DNA of 39,586 nt from Candidatus Uhrbacteria bacterium (GCA_016205995.1 JACQSJ010000024.1:1-39586); one strand, 5' to 3'; positions 26,509 to 35,965 are shown, counted from the first letter of the stretch. Notes: generated by a model from the sequence alone, not told the origin. Numbers and translations: made by a program.

Positions 26509-27783
26509 TTATGTTTCACGATTGTAGGACCACCGCGCCATTGTTGCTAGCGCCAACGCACCTAGGGCCAGTCCCGGCCAGAGGGTCCACAGGTAATGGT
26601 CGAACAGCCCGATCGTGAACAGCAGCACGCCGGCGGTTATGGCAAACAATGTGTCCGCGAGCTCCAGGCGGGCGTGCGCAAACGGGTTCGCAGCAAACGC
26701 GCCATACCCCAGGACCACGATCCCGACGATCCCCAGCTCGGCCAGGATGAGAAGGTACACGTTGTGAATGGGTTGGTACGACCAGACGGGATGGCCGGGG
26801 TCGAGTCGGGCAAGCGTAAACGTGTACGCGTTGGGCCCAACGCCCATAAGGGGGGCTGTCCAAAAGACCTCCCCAAACGTCTGATACTGGCTGGCACGCT
26901 CCTCAATCGAAATGACTTCAAGTCGAGACGACGTGTCGAACCGAGAAAAGACCTGGGAGTGAAAAACGACGAAAGTCGCAAGGATCGAGGCAAGCCCGAG
27001 CGCCATGACGGGAATCGCCCGACGCGGAGGAAGCCGACGCTGCCACAGCATAAGCCCAACAAGCAAGAGGAACGAAACAAACAACCCTAACCAGGCCGAA
27101 CGGGAAAACGTGACGATAAGCGTCGCGCCTAAGAGCCCGGAGGCAAGCAAGGCGCCAGCGAGCTGACTCTTGCTGGACAAAAACCTCGCAAGCCACGCAA
27201 GCGCCACAATGCCAAACGCCACGTATCCGCCAAAGACATTCGGATGTGGGAAAGTGCCATACGCCCGCAGCAACCGCCCATCGCCTGACTCGACAACGGC
27301 CACGCCTGGCGTTCCCGCATCCTTAGCGGCCATGCCCAGAAGACTTGAGTCCGGACTTGAACCGCTGAGCACCTGGAACCATCCAAACAAAACCGGAACG
27401 AGCAGGCCCAACAAAAAGAGACCAAGGATCTGACGCAGGTTTGTCCGGTCGTCGACCAACAGAGAAAACAACATCGCGGCCGCAACGACATGGATAAGAT
27501 GAAACCAGCCGACCCACTCGACCTGGCTGAGACTTAACGAGAAAAATGCCACGGCCAGGAAAAAGTAGAGGGCGCGCGTGATACGGCGAACCTGCAAGTT
27601 GCTCTGCTGCCGGCCGCGCAGAAGGAAGGCAAAGGCAATCATGACCTCCACCACGTAGAGGGAAAGCACTCCGTACGCCGAGGGTTCGCCCGAAACAGTT
27701 GCCTGCGACAACAGCATGGCTGTTTGCCAAGGAAGAAAAAAGACCGAGGCAAGGAAAAGAAGGTTGGCAAACTTCTGAATCAT
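26509..27783 (-). CDS. O-antigen ligase (WaaL/Wzy_C) family polytopic membrane protein
   Basis: RAYGTFPHPNVFGGY, TFSRSAW, GVGPNAY, PIHNVYLLILAELG; many TM helices. Confidence 0.88.
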   Translation of the reverse strand: MIQKFANLLFLASVFFLPWQTAMLLSQATVSGEPSAYGVLSLYVVEVMIAFAFLLRGRQQSNLQVRRITRALYFFLAVAFFSLSLSQVEWVGWFHLIHVVAAAMLFSLLVDDRTNLRQILGLFLLGLLVPVLFGWFQVLSGSSPDSSLLGMAAKDAGTPGVAVVESGDGRLLRAYGTFPHPNVFGGYVAFGIVALAWLARFLSSKSQLAGALLASGLLGATLIVTFSRSAWLGLFVSFLLLVGLMLWQRRLPPRRAIPVMALGLASILATFVVFHSQVFSRFDTSSRLEVISIEERASQYQTFGEVFWTAPLMGVGPNAYTFTLARLDPGHPVWSYQPIHNVYLLILAELGIVGIVVLGYGAFAANPFAHARLELADTLFAITAGVLLFTIGLFDHYLWTLWPGLALGALALATMARWSYNRET

Positions 27784-28745
27784 AGATGGCGCGCAAGGAG
27801 GGACTCGAACTGGTCGCGATACTGTTCCCGCCGGTCGTTATCATGAAACTTAAGGACGTTGTCCGTGACCACCACACGCGAATCCAGGTTGGCGATCTCA
27901 CGCAGGTGCGCAGGGAGACGGTTGCGTTGGATCGATCGAAAGATGGGTTCGGCAAGTCCCCACTGGATGGGGAGGCTGGGGAGCCGTCGAGGCTCGTGGC
28001 GATGATGTCCCGTCCGTGGCTGGGCATTGGGAAGGTTGCGTGCAACCCATCGATTCTCAGTCTGTAAGGTCGTGAGACTTCCGTCGCGGTCGAACACGGG
28101 GACGAGCGATCGAACCCAAAAGGCCATGTAGTAGTCACGCGGGAGGCACAGCTCCTCGAGATTCAATTGCTGCGTTGTCGAGAAGAAACTGAAGCAAAAA
28201 GGATCCAGACCCACTTTGACGCCTCGGCAACCCCCCCTGACCCCCCCTTGGGAAGGGGGGGGATGCACGGGACTGGGTCGACGGCCCAGGAGGAAAAACG
28301 GAAGGACGAGCCAGAACCTCGACGACCAGATGTGGCCGGGACGCGTCACGATATAGAGATCGATATCGCTTTCCTTGGTGGTCGACCACCATGCCAGTGT
28401 GTTGCCAGCCGCGACCGAACGGACGCCTGGCAGCAGAGAAAAATAGACCGCCGCGCGGCGAAGCACACGAAACTTTCGCTCGGCATCGAGGAACCGCTCC
28501 TGCCGACCCAGGACGAGGTTCCCGACCCCCGACCCCTTGAGCGCATAGAAGCCATTGTGCCCCTCGAGCTTCTCTTGCAGCCACGAACTGCGCTCCAAAA
28601 TAGCGTACACCTCTGCAAGCCCATAGGCTCGCTCAGGCATGAGCAACCACTTCCACATCTCAAAGACTGTGAGCGGATAGGAAAATTGGGAAAACCAAAG
28701 AATCGTCCGCATGACTGATTGTTCCAGGTCCGTCCGCGCTCCCAT
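27780..28745 (-). CDS. Nucleotidyltransferase-like conserved protein
   Basis: GNTLA...ESDIDLYIVT (pol-beta-type DxD); FSYPLT, PFCFSFF; start taken at MGARTD. Confidence 0.72.
   Translation of the reverse strand: MGARTDLEQSVMRTILWFSQFSYPLTVFEMWKWLLMPERAYGLAEVYAILERSSWLQEKLEGHNGFYALKGSGVGNLVLGRQERFLDAERKFRVLRRAAVYFSLLPGVRSVAAGNTLAWWSTTKESDIDLYIVTRPGHIWSSRFWLVLPFFLLGRRPSPVHPPPSQGGVRGGCRGVKVGLDPFCFSFFSTTQQLNLEELCLPRDYYMAFWVRSLVPVFDRDGSLTTLQTENRWVARNLPNAQPRTGHHRHEPRRLPSLPIQWGLAEPIFRSIQRNRLPAHLREIANLDSRVVVTDNVLKFHDNDRREQYRDQFESLLARHL
28231..28262. repeat. C/G-run palindromic element translated in frame
   Basis: ccccccctga-ccccccctt-ggg-aaggggggg; encodes PPPSQGGVRGG on the minus strand. Confidence 0.7.
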
Positions 28746-28788
28746 ATAGGGGCATCTTAGCAGCCCTGCTCTGTTTGTGGCTGTGGAT

Positions 28789-28818
28789 GAAAAACGACCC
28801 CCATGAGGAGGTCGTTTT
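28789..28818 (-). terminator. Terminator after yidC
   Basis: aaaacgacc/ggtcgtttt stem directly after the stop codon. Confidence 0.65.
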
Positions 28819-29553
28819 CTATTCTGTTTTTGGATTCCGAATCTTGGAGAAGACAAACTGTTGCTGCAGGATCGAAACGATATTGACCGTGACCCAGTAG
28901 AGGGTAAGACCCGCGGGGAGGGTGGCTCCGATCACGACCGTAATCACGGGCATGAACATGAGCATGGACTTGTTCATGGAGGCCAGCATGGTCTCGTCCA
29001 GGGCTCCCTTTTTTCCTGCGACCGGCTTGGGGGGGCGCTTGGTGATGAGCATCCGCGTTTGCATGAACTGAAAGTAGCCAGCCAGGATGGCAAGGTAGAG
29101 ACTCGCGGTCGAGAGGTTAATCACGCCAAGGAATACATGACCGATCTCCCCGGGGTTGGTCACGAACGGATACAGCTCTGCGAGTGTCTCTGGTCCAAAC
29201 CCGGCCAGAAGCACGCGGTAGAGGGCGATCAAGATCGGCAGCTGGATCAAGAGCGGAAGACACGACGCGAGGGGGTTCACTTTCTCCTTCTGGTAGAGCT
29301 CCATCATGGCCTTGGCAAGGCCCTCGCGGTCGTCGCCATGTTTGCTTTTGAGCTCTTCGATTTTCGGCTGCAGCTCCTGCATGGCTTTTTGCGAGCGCAG
29401 GGACTGGCTCATAAACGGCCAGAGGATGAGCTTGATGAGGATGGTGAGCGCGATGATGGCAAACCCAATGTCCGCTCCTGGCAAGACGTTATACAGGAAA
29501 ACCAAGAGGTTAAAGATGGGGACTGAAAGGACGTTGTGGAAAAATTCACCCAT
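28819..29553 (-). CDS. yidC: Membrane protein insertase YidC (short form)
   Basis: GFAIIALTILIKLILWP, MQELQPKIEELK, ELYQKEKVNPLASCLPLLIQLPILIALY, PAGLTLYW. Confidence 0.95.
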   Translation of the reverse strand: MGEFFHNVLSVPIFNLLVFLYNVLPGADIGFAIIALTILIKLILWPFMSQSLRSQKAMQELQPKIEELKSKHGDDREGLAKAMMELYQKEKVNPLASCLPLLIQLPILIALYRVLLAGFGPETLAELYPFVTNPGEIGHVFLGVINLSTASLYLAILAGYFQFMQTRMLITKRPPKPVAGKKGALDETMLASMNKSMLMFMPVITVVIGATLPAGLTLYWVTVNIVSILQQQFVFSKIRNPKTE

Positions 29554-29555
29554 AC

Positions 29556-30812
29556 TTACTCTGTTTCTTTAGCTTCTTCACTTGGAGATCCCTCGACCCC
29601 GACCGAAGCGTCGGGGCTCGGGATGACAAGGGGTTCTTCCACCTTCTCCTCGTCTCCCGAGATATTGATCTTCCACCCCGTCAGCTTTGCAGCGAGACGG
29701 ACGTTCTGCCCACCCTTGCCGATCGCGAGCGAAAGCTGATCCTCTTTCACTTTGACGAAGGCTCCTCTCTCATCTTCCTTGAGTTCAAGGCTGGTAATCT
29801 TGGCGGGCGAAAGGGCATTCTGGATAAAAACCTTGGGGTCCTCACTCCATTCTACGATGTCGATTTTTTCCCCGCCCAGTTCTGCGATGATCGTCTGGAT
29901 GCGTGTGCCGCGCTGGCCGATGCAGGCGCCAATGGGATCAATGGAATTCTCCGAGGTCGTGACCGCCACCTTGGAGCGAGAGCCGGCCTCGCGGGCGATG
30001 CCCTTGATCTCGACAGACCCTTCCGACACTTCCGGGATTTCAAACTCAAAGAGGGTGCGGACCATTTCCTCGCTCGTGCGCGAGACAAGGATTTCTGGGC
30101 CCTTGGTCGTGAGCCCGACCTGGCGGACAAATACCTTGATGCGATCGCCTGGATTGTAGCGCTCCGACGGGATCTGGTCCTCTGAACGCATGACACCAGT
30201 CGTGCGACCGAGGTCCACCAGGACGATGCGGCCTTCGCGACGCTGCACGGTTCCATTCATGATCGTCCCCTCGTGCTCCTTGAACTCGCTGAAGATCACC
30301 TCGCGCTCGGCCTCGCGCAACTTCTGCGTGATGACTTGCTTGGCCGTCATGGCGGCCATGCGCCCGAACTCCCCTGGGGTTGGCATTTCCGTGCGGATGA
30401 CGTCGCCGATCTTGGCGCCCATCTTCAGGACTTGGGCTTCGGACACCATGATGTCGGTCTTGGGATTGAAGCGTGGACCCAAATCGTCCTCGACCGAAAT
30501 CGCCGGGATTTCTTCCCCCTTCTTGCGCGCCTCTTCAAACTTCTGGGCAAGCTCCTCTGCGCGCACCTTGCGCTCCTCCTCGAGTTTCTCGAGCTCTTCC
30601 AAATCCATATCCTCCACCACCGTCTTCACGTCAAACACACGGGACTGGGCAGTGGCGGGATCGAACTCGACTTCGATGTTGCTGTTCTTGTCTCCGAAAT
30701 CCTTTCGGTAGGCCGCGGCAAGCGCAGACTGAACCGCGTCAATGACGGATTCATAGGCGAGACCTTTTTCTTCACAGATTTGTCGGATCGCTTGTTCAAT
30801 GGGAGATGCCAT
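29556..30812 (-). CDS. nusA: Transcription termination factor NusA
   Basis: FGRMAAMTAKQVI, S1 domain, AREAGSRSKVAV, GACIGQRG, LAIGKGGQNVRLAAKLTGW. Confidence 0.97.
   Translation of the reverse strand: MASPIEQAIRQICEEKGLAYESVIDAVQSALAAAYRKDFGDKNSNIEVEFDPATAQSRVFDVKTVVEDMDLEELEKLEEERKVRAEELAQKFEEARKKGEEIPAISVEDDLGPRFNPKTDIMVSEAQVLKMGAKIGDVIRTEMPTPGEFGRMAAMTAKQVITQKLREAEREVIFSEFKEHEGTIMNGTVQRREGRIVLVDLGRTTGVMRSEDQIPSERYNPGDRIKVFVRQVGLTTKGPEILVSRTSEEMVRTLFEFEIPEVSEGSVEIKGIAREAGSRSKVAVTTSENSIDPIGACIGQRGTRIQTIIAELGGEKIDIVEWSEDPKVFIQNALSPAKITSLELKEDERGAFVKVKEDQLSLAIGKGGQNVRLAAKLTGWKINISGDEEKVEEPLVIPSPDASVGVEGSPSEEAKETE
29587..29627 (-). repeat. GTCATCCCGAG...GAGGGATC element with internal CCCCGAC hairpin, in frame in the nusA tail
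   Basis: Minus strand gtcatcccgag-ccccgacgcttcggtcgggg-tcgagggatc encodes VIPSPDASVGVEGS. Confidence 0.72.
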
Positions 30813-30866
30813 AGGTTTGCTGTTAACAAATGAACCCGTCTATCGACAGGTTCAGGTAGCCTCAGG

Positions 30867-31238
30867 CTACCAAAGGGCCTCGGGGATGTCAATGTTTTTA
30901 ATGTGGGTAATCGTGGGTGGTTCATGGTGAAACTCGATCGCAACCACGTCCACACGCCAAGGCGACTCTGTTTGCTTGCTCTCCTGCAGATATCCTTCTG
31001 CCACGCGCAGAATGTGTCGAATCTTTTGCGGCGTAACCGAATCTTCCGGATACCCAAACGTCGACGTGTGCCGCGACTTCACCTCAACAAAAACGACCTC
31101 TTCGCCGTCCTGGCAGATGAGGTCGATTTCCCCAAATGATTTTTTGTACTGAGACTCCAGAACCGTGAGCCCCTGCGACTGTAAAAACTCCGCCGCTAAT
31201 TCCTCTCCTCTATTCCCGAACTGCCTCCGTGGATCCAT
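30867..31238 (-). CDS. yraN: YraN (UPF0102) family putative endonuclease
   Basis: GNRGEELAAEFL, GEIDLI, FVEVKSR, RVDVVAI. Confidence 0.92.
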   Translation of the reverse strand: MDPRRQFGNRGEELAAEFLQSQGLTVLESQYKKSFGEIDLICQDGEEVVFVEVKSRHTSTFGYPEDSVTPQKIRHILRVAEGYLQESKQTESPWRVDVVAIEFHHEPPTITHIKNIDIPEALW

Positions 31239-31239
31239 A

Positions 31240-31650
31240 CTACCCTCGATGCTGACGAGGAAGATACTTCCCCTGCTCCCGCAAACTCTCCTCCCGCGCG
31301 CGCTTGGCCGGGACGTCGCGCTTCACATACCGAACCAGGAAGAACGTCCATATCGCCGCCGCAATCACCCAGGTGGGATACCAAAAGCGAGCGCCGAAAA
31401 GCTGGATCCGCTCGAAGCTAAAAAAGAACAGGATGACACCGAGGACCCCCATCGTGACAAGCAGTGTCGAGATACGGCTGCCGATCTCCCGCTTGTATCG
31501 ATCCCCTCCCCGACGGTCGACCACGATCCGGCCGATGATCCCCAAGATGAGAACCACAACGAAAACCCCGAAGACGACGTTTCCCAGGAGTCCTCCTACC
31601 TCAGGAGGTTGCATGGTGAGCCAGTATGTTGGCTGAAAGAATGACGACAT
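31240..31650 (-). CDS. Hypothetical membrane protein (3 TM)
   Basis: Three hydrophobic segments; C-terminal KYLP; tightly packed in the gene string. Confidence 0.75.
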   Translation of the reverse strand: MSSFFQPTYWLTMQPPEVGGLLGNVVFGVFVVVLILGIIGRIVVDRRGGDRYKREIGSRISTLLVTMGVLGVILFFFSFERIQLFGARFWYPTWVIAAAIWTFFLVRYVKRDVPAKRAREESLREQGKYLPRQHRG

Positions 31651-31684
31651 AGTGGTTGGAGCCTAACAAACAAGGAATCTGTAA

Positions 31685-31942
31685 TCAAGAACGTGTGTGG
31701 GTAAGCAGCCCGGCCAGATCCTCAAGGATCCCCGAGATCACGTTCGTGGCGACAAAAATCCCGATAAATGTGATGACGATCCCTAAGAGCTTGTAAAAAA
31801 ACCGCGAGCCTCCTGGACCAAACTTCGCTTCCGCAAAGGGAACCTGGCCAAACCAAGATAAGACAACATCAGTCTTTTTCACCATCAAGAACCCGACCAC
31901 CATGATCGCCAGGCCAAGAGGAATACGGATGAGGGGGGACAT
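31685..31942 (-). CDS. Small hypothetical membrane protein
   Basis: Two hydrophobic segments around FAEAKFGPGGSRFFYKLLG. Confidence 0.75.
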   Translation of the reverse strand: MSPLIRIPLGLAIMVVGFLMVKKTDVVLSWFGQVPFAEAKFGPGGSRFFYKLLGIVITFIGIFVATNVISGILEDLAGLLTHTRS

Positions 31943-32010
31943 AGTGCTTCCAGTTTATCACAAACGCCTTGCGAGGAGAGAAAAAAATGGTTAGGATTCT
32001 CGAGCTCGGC

Positions 32011-32102
32011 TTCGGGTGCTTAGCGGCCCCCTCGTTCCTCGGGGGAGCTAAGCACGCCTCACTCGGAAATGCCCAACCGTTGGTTGGCCATTTCACTCAT
32101 TC
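32011..32102 (+). repeat. Structured element duplicating the tRNA-Val 5' end
   Basis: ttcgggtgcttagc at 32011-32024 equals 32100-32113; antisense copy agctaagcac at 32046-32055; hairpin at 32066-32094. Confidence 0.8.
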
Positions 32103-32178
<76 letters not shown>

Positions 32179-32179
<1 letters not shown>

Positions 32180-32213
32180 AAAAACCACCCTTCGACAAAC
32201 AGGGCGGTTTTTT
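32179..32213. terminator. Bidirectional terminator between tRNA-Val and the convergent gene
   Basis: aaaaaaccaccct/agggcggtttttt. Confidence 0.7.
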
Positions 32214-32219
32214 GTTCGG

Positions 32220-34022
32220 TCACTCTTTCAGGGTCAGGAAGAACATGGCAAAGAAATAGTCGAGCAGTACCCGGTCGCCTTCCCTCATCCCCTGCAACGA
32301 TTGAATAACCATTTTTGCCGCAAACCGATCCGTGTCCACGACAATGCTGACGTCCTCGAGCTGCGGGAAATGGAACGAGGTATTCGTAAGCGCTTCGTCG
32401 ATGAGATCCCCAAGCGGGATGTAACCCAACGGCTCTCCATCAAGCCGCAAGTCAATGCGCTGCTCCGGACTATTCAAAGCGATCCCAAGCTTCTTGCCGC
32501 CGACCGAAACGGAATCGGACATGAAGTCGCCATAGGAGAAGACATAGTCATACACATCGACAGGAATGGCCTGTGTTGGGTCGTTGAAAGAAACAGAGAA
32601 TGGGACCCGTGAATCCCCCGAGTCCTCTGTTGACGGACTTGATTGATACGCCAGATACTTCAAACCAAAACCCTCCTTCATCACAAACTCCGCCTTTCTC
32701 CACCGATCAACCTCTGCAAGGTCGAGTTCCTTATCGAGCCATGGCTGTACGACGCCGAGCGCCTCGCGCTCCTCGAGGAAGTTCAGAATCTGCCTCATCT
32801 CGAACAACTCTTCCCCAGGCACTTCTTCGTCTGCCGAGACATAGCGCCCATCTTGGAACCGACCATTGGCTTCCAGCAAACTTGCGAGCCGGTTGACCTG
32901 GGAGTGGATGGCCACCGAGAACGCCCCCCACGGACCAATCGAGCCGAGAATTGCCAGTACGAACAAGCTCACCGGGATGACGCGGATGTCCTTGAGGCGG
33001 CTGATGAGCAAGTACAGGCTCACCCCCAGGAGCCACAGGCCGTACACATACACCAGGTACCGATTTTCCGTGAGGCCGTACTCGGAAACACGAAACCACA
33101 ATGACCACAGGAGCATGAACCCTTGCGGGATCATCGCCACGCACAGAGCCGTGCCGGCCACGCGAACCCAGGCCTTCTCTTTACGCAACGGGTATAGGGC
33201 GAGATAGGTCACAAGGCCCACGACCGAGAATCCAAGAACGATGTACGCAAGCTGGCCAGAGGGCCATTCTCCGGTCAGGAGAATCTTCGCGGTATAGAGA
33301 TAGAGGATGAGGAAGTAGACAGTCACGAGGGGAACGAGCAGAAACGTGGAGAAGAGCCGGACTTCCTTGGGATAGCTCAAGTCCGCATGCAGTTCGGCCG
33401 GTTGTCGCGGGACACGGCTGAGGAAAAAGGTCGTGCAGAACAGGCCGGCGATGATCACCCACAGTTCCGCGTACCGCTCGTCTGGGATGGTGAGGTTGAA
33501 AAGGAAGTCCATTGCGGAAAGCGCGGCCATCAACCCAAGCTGAAGGGCGACGGCCCAAATGCCAGTCAGGATGGTGACCACGACTAAGCGCCGACAAAAC
33601 TCCCAAAATCGGGCAACGGCAGAATCTCCCGCGTGACGGACAAACGGGGTGAACGTGACGGCAAAGACAAAGGCAAACGTCCACATCACTTGTCGGACAA
33701 CAGGCTGCATCTGCAGCTGCGCCGATTCCGGCAACAAAAAGTAGTACCCCACCATGAAAGCCGCAAGAATCGCGTTGAGGATCCAGATCCTGGCCAGGCT
33801 CCATCCCATTCCTTCGACAAACAAGACAAGGGCAACAGAGATGGGAGCGGCAAGAGATAAGACCATCAATATGTTGGTCCACGGTATGGGTGTATCGACG
33901 TGAATGAGGACGATCCCCACTATCGTCCCCGCAAGGGAAATGAGGAGTGGGAACGGGAAGCGCCGGACAACCGATTGGAGCACTCCAAGAAATGCGGCAA
34001 CAGAAAAACGTTTGGTAGACAT
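32220..34022 (-). CDS. DUF4153-like polytopic membrane protein
   Basis: RRFP N-terminus, LVPLVTVYFLILYLY, RVSEYGLTENRY, GPWGAFSVAIHSQVNRL. Confidence 0.82.
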   Translation of the reverse strand: MSTKRFSVAAFLGVLQSVVRRFPFPLLISLAGTIVGIVLIHVDTPIPWTNILMVLSLAAPISVALVLFVEGMGWSLARIWILNAILAAFMVGYYFLLPESAQLQMQPVVRQVMWTFAFVFAVTFTPFVRHAGDSAVARFWEFCRRLVVVTILTGIWAVALQLGLMAALSAMDFLFNLTIPDERYAELWVIIAGLFCTTFFLSRVPRQPAELHADLSYPKEVRLFSTFLLVPLVTVYFLILYLYTAKILLTGEWPSGQLAYIVLGFSVVGLVTYLALYPLRKEKAWVRVAGTALCVAMIPQGFMLLWSLWFRVSEYGLTENRYLVYVYGLWLLGVSLYLLISRLKDIRVIPVSLFVLAILGSIGPWGAFSVAIHSQVNRLASLLEANGRFQDGRYVSADEEVPGEELFEMRQILNFLEEREALGVVQPWLDKELDLAEVDRWRKAEFVMKEGFGLKYLAYQSSPSTEDSGDSRVPFSVSFNDPTQAIPVDVYDYVFSYGDFMSDSVSVGGKKLGIALNSPEQRIDLRLDGEPLGYIPLGDLIDEALTNTSFHFPQLEDVSIVVDTDRFAAKMVIQSLQGMREGDRVLLDYFFAMFFLTLKE

Positions 34023-34170
34023 ACATGTTCAGGGTACCTCCTATGGGAGAAAGAAAAAAGCGCCCTTGGTCGGACGCATGCGTGGTTCAAGGAATGAACC
34101 CTTGCTTGCTTCGCCTCGCTCGACAATGCACGAGCTAACGCTAGTGCATTGCGCTCGCTTCGTCTTGCAA

Positions 34171-34560
34171 TCAGAGCCTGTCGTTGTGAAAGTCGGGATC
34201 GCGTGCAACAAGCTCGATGACGTTGTCAGCCGGGTCGTGATGGAACACGCTCGTGAGGCCATGACCCCAGTGCGTGTCCGAACGGAACTGCCGGTGAGAG
34301 CGAGCATCCGGCAGACTCGCGGGGCTGATCGACAGGCCCACGTGCGGACGTGCGCCCCCCAGGAAGAACGAGAGGATGAGGTGTCCATCCTCGACCTGCA
34401 GACGAGGCCCCACGCCGATGTAGTCGTACCTGGGATCCGTCACCTCATGCACGCTCACGCGGCATCCGAGGCTCTCGTAGTACTTCCGGAGCTTGCCCCA
34501 GTCGCTTTGCTTGGACGGGAGACCGACGTGGTGCACACCCAACACATGAATGCCTGACAT
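34171..34560 (-). CDS. VOC (glyoxalase/bleomycin resistance) superfamily protein
   Basis: GVHHVGL..., PHVGL, SVFHHDPADNVIEL; GGAGG SD. Confidence 0.8.
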   Translation of the reverse strand: MSGIHVLGVHHVGLPSKQSDWGKLRKYYESLGCRVSVHEVTDPRYDYIGVGPRLQVEDGHLILSFFLGGARPHVGLSISPASLPDARSHRQFRSDTHWGHGLTSVFHHDPADNVIELVARDPDFHNDRL

Positions 34561-34628
34561 GCTGCCCTCCAGATGAAGCTCCCCGCAGGATAATCACATC
34601 GCCGCGAAAGGTCAAGACCTTCCTCATA

Positions 34629-34658
34629 CAAAAAGCTCCCGACCAATGTCGGAAGCTT
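34629..34658 (-). terminator. Terminator after tRNA-Leu
   Basis: Minus strand aagcttccgac-attg-gtcgggagctt followed by a T-run. Confidence 0.7.
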
Positions 34659-34660
34659 AT

Positions 34661-34746
34661 TGGTGCGCGGGAGAGGACTTGAACCTCCACGGCCTTACGG
34701 CCACCAGCCCCTCAAGCTGGCGTGGCTACCATTACACCACCCGCGC
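34661..34746 (-). tRNA. tRNA-Leu (GAG)
   Basis: gcgcggg/cccgcgc acceptor, ccagc-ttGAGgg-gctgg anticodon arm, long variable arm ggccgtaaggcc, GGTTCAAGTCC, encoded CCA. Confidence 0.96.
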
Positions 34747-34793
34747 ATTTCGTTGCGCCACGATCATACACGACGACCATCGCCCTGACAACC

Positions 34794-35531
34794 CTAGAAC
34801 ACCCTTGCCTTCCCAGTGATGACCCGCAACAGCAGCGGCTCGATGCCGATATCAAACCGCGTGGACTTCATCTCTTCCCCGTCGACGAACAACGAAATCG
34901 GCTTTTCAGACCGAATGGCCATGCTCTTGAGCGGTAGCACACTTTCCTTCAGTGACGTCTTGCCAAAAATGCCCCATCCTTTTTTTACGGCCGCACGGAT
35001 GACCGCCTCGAACTGTCCGTCGCGCGGGTCTGTGACGTCCGCCAGGTTACGAATCTCAAGCTCAGCCTGGCGCGCCACACTGGTCACGCGGAACTTATCC
35101 TCGCAGGTGATCTCGGCATGGAAGTTGGGCATCGAGAGCCCGGTCACGAACCGCCGCCCGTTCACGGTCCCCACGTCGATCTTCTCGACCCGGCGGGCGG
35201 AGAGCACGTCACACGCGGCCACACCGTCGGGAATCCCCATCATGCGAGCCAGCTCGTTGTTTGGTCCGATCGGGATGATGCCCAGGACTACCTCGTTGTC
35301 GGCGACTACGTCGATGACTTTGCGCACGGTCTCATCGTTCCCTACTACCACGATCGTCGAGACCCCTCGATCAATCTCATCGCGGATCATTTCCTCCGCG
35401 TCGCGGAACAGGGCCAGGCGCGTCACCTTCCCTGCGATCCCAAGGTCCGTGAGGCGATTCTCAATTTTTAAAAGTTCTCGCTCAAAGCGCTTATTCTCTT
35501 GGATGTATTCATCGTAAAGATAACAGTACAC
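34794..35531 (-). CDS. Diacylglycerol kinase family protein
   Basis: IVVVGNDETV, LGIIPIGPNNELARMMGI, IDVGTVN, FVDGE. Confidence 0.85.
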   Translation of the reverse strand: MYCYLYDEYIQENKRFERELLKIENRLTDLGIAGKVTRLALFRDAEEMIRDEIDRGVSTIVVVGNDETVRKVIDVVADNEVVLGIIPIGPNNELARMMGIPDGVAACDVLSARRVEKIDVGTVNGRRFVTGLSMPNFHAEITCEDKFRVTSVARQAELEIRNLADVTDPRDGQFEAVIRAAVKKGWGIFGKTSLKESVLPLKSMAIRSEKPISLFVDGEEMKSTRFDIGIEPLLLRVITGKARVF

Positions 35532-35557
35532 AAATGGGTGGTGAGAGCGTTGGGTGG

Positions 35558-35965
35558 TTAGGTTATTATTTCTTCTTCATCCACTTTTTTTACCTTTCCT
35601 CCCTTTCCCTCCTCTCCCATGCTCACTTTCCCGTTCACCTGCGCTCCAGCGGCAACGGAAATGCGGCCTGTCACGATGTCCCCCTTTACGTGGGACGTCG
35701 CCAAGAGCTCGAGCATCTCCTCCGTAAAGATGTTCCCGACGACTTCCCCAGCCACGACCGCGCTTTTGGCCTTCACGTCCGCATGAATCTTTGCTGACTC
35801 CCCCACCGTGAGCGCGCTTTGTGTCTCCACACTCCCCGCCACCTCGCCGTCAATGACGACGTCCCCCTGTGAATGAAACTCCCCCTCAACGCGAACCCCC
35901 TGGGCAATGATGGTCTCCCCCGATGCAAAACTTGGCATATCACTCTTGTGTTTGTCCTTAAACAT
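35558..35965 (-). CDS. Bactofilin (polymer-forming cytoskeletal protein)
   Basis: ETIIAQGVRVEG...DGEVAG...VGESAKIHADV...GEVVGNI...VKGDI beta-helix repeats. Confidence 0.92.
   Translation of the reverse strand: MFKDKHKSDMPSFASGETIIAQGVRVEGEFHSQGDVVIDGEVAGSVETQSALTVGESAKIHADVKAKSAVVAGEVVGNIFTEEMLELLATSHVKGDIVTGRISVAAGAQVNGKVSMGEEGKGGKVKKVDEEEIIT

Noticed and set aside
30832..30870. Two small hairpins between yraN and nusA (gaacccgtc/gacaggttc and gtagcct/aggctac)
   Set aside because: Short, single-copy, with no U-tract; not enough to call a terminator or repeat
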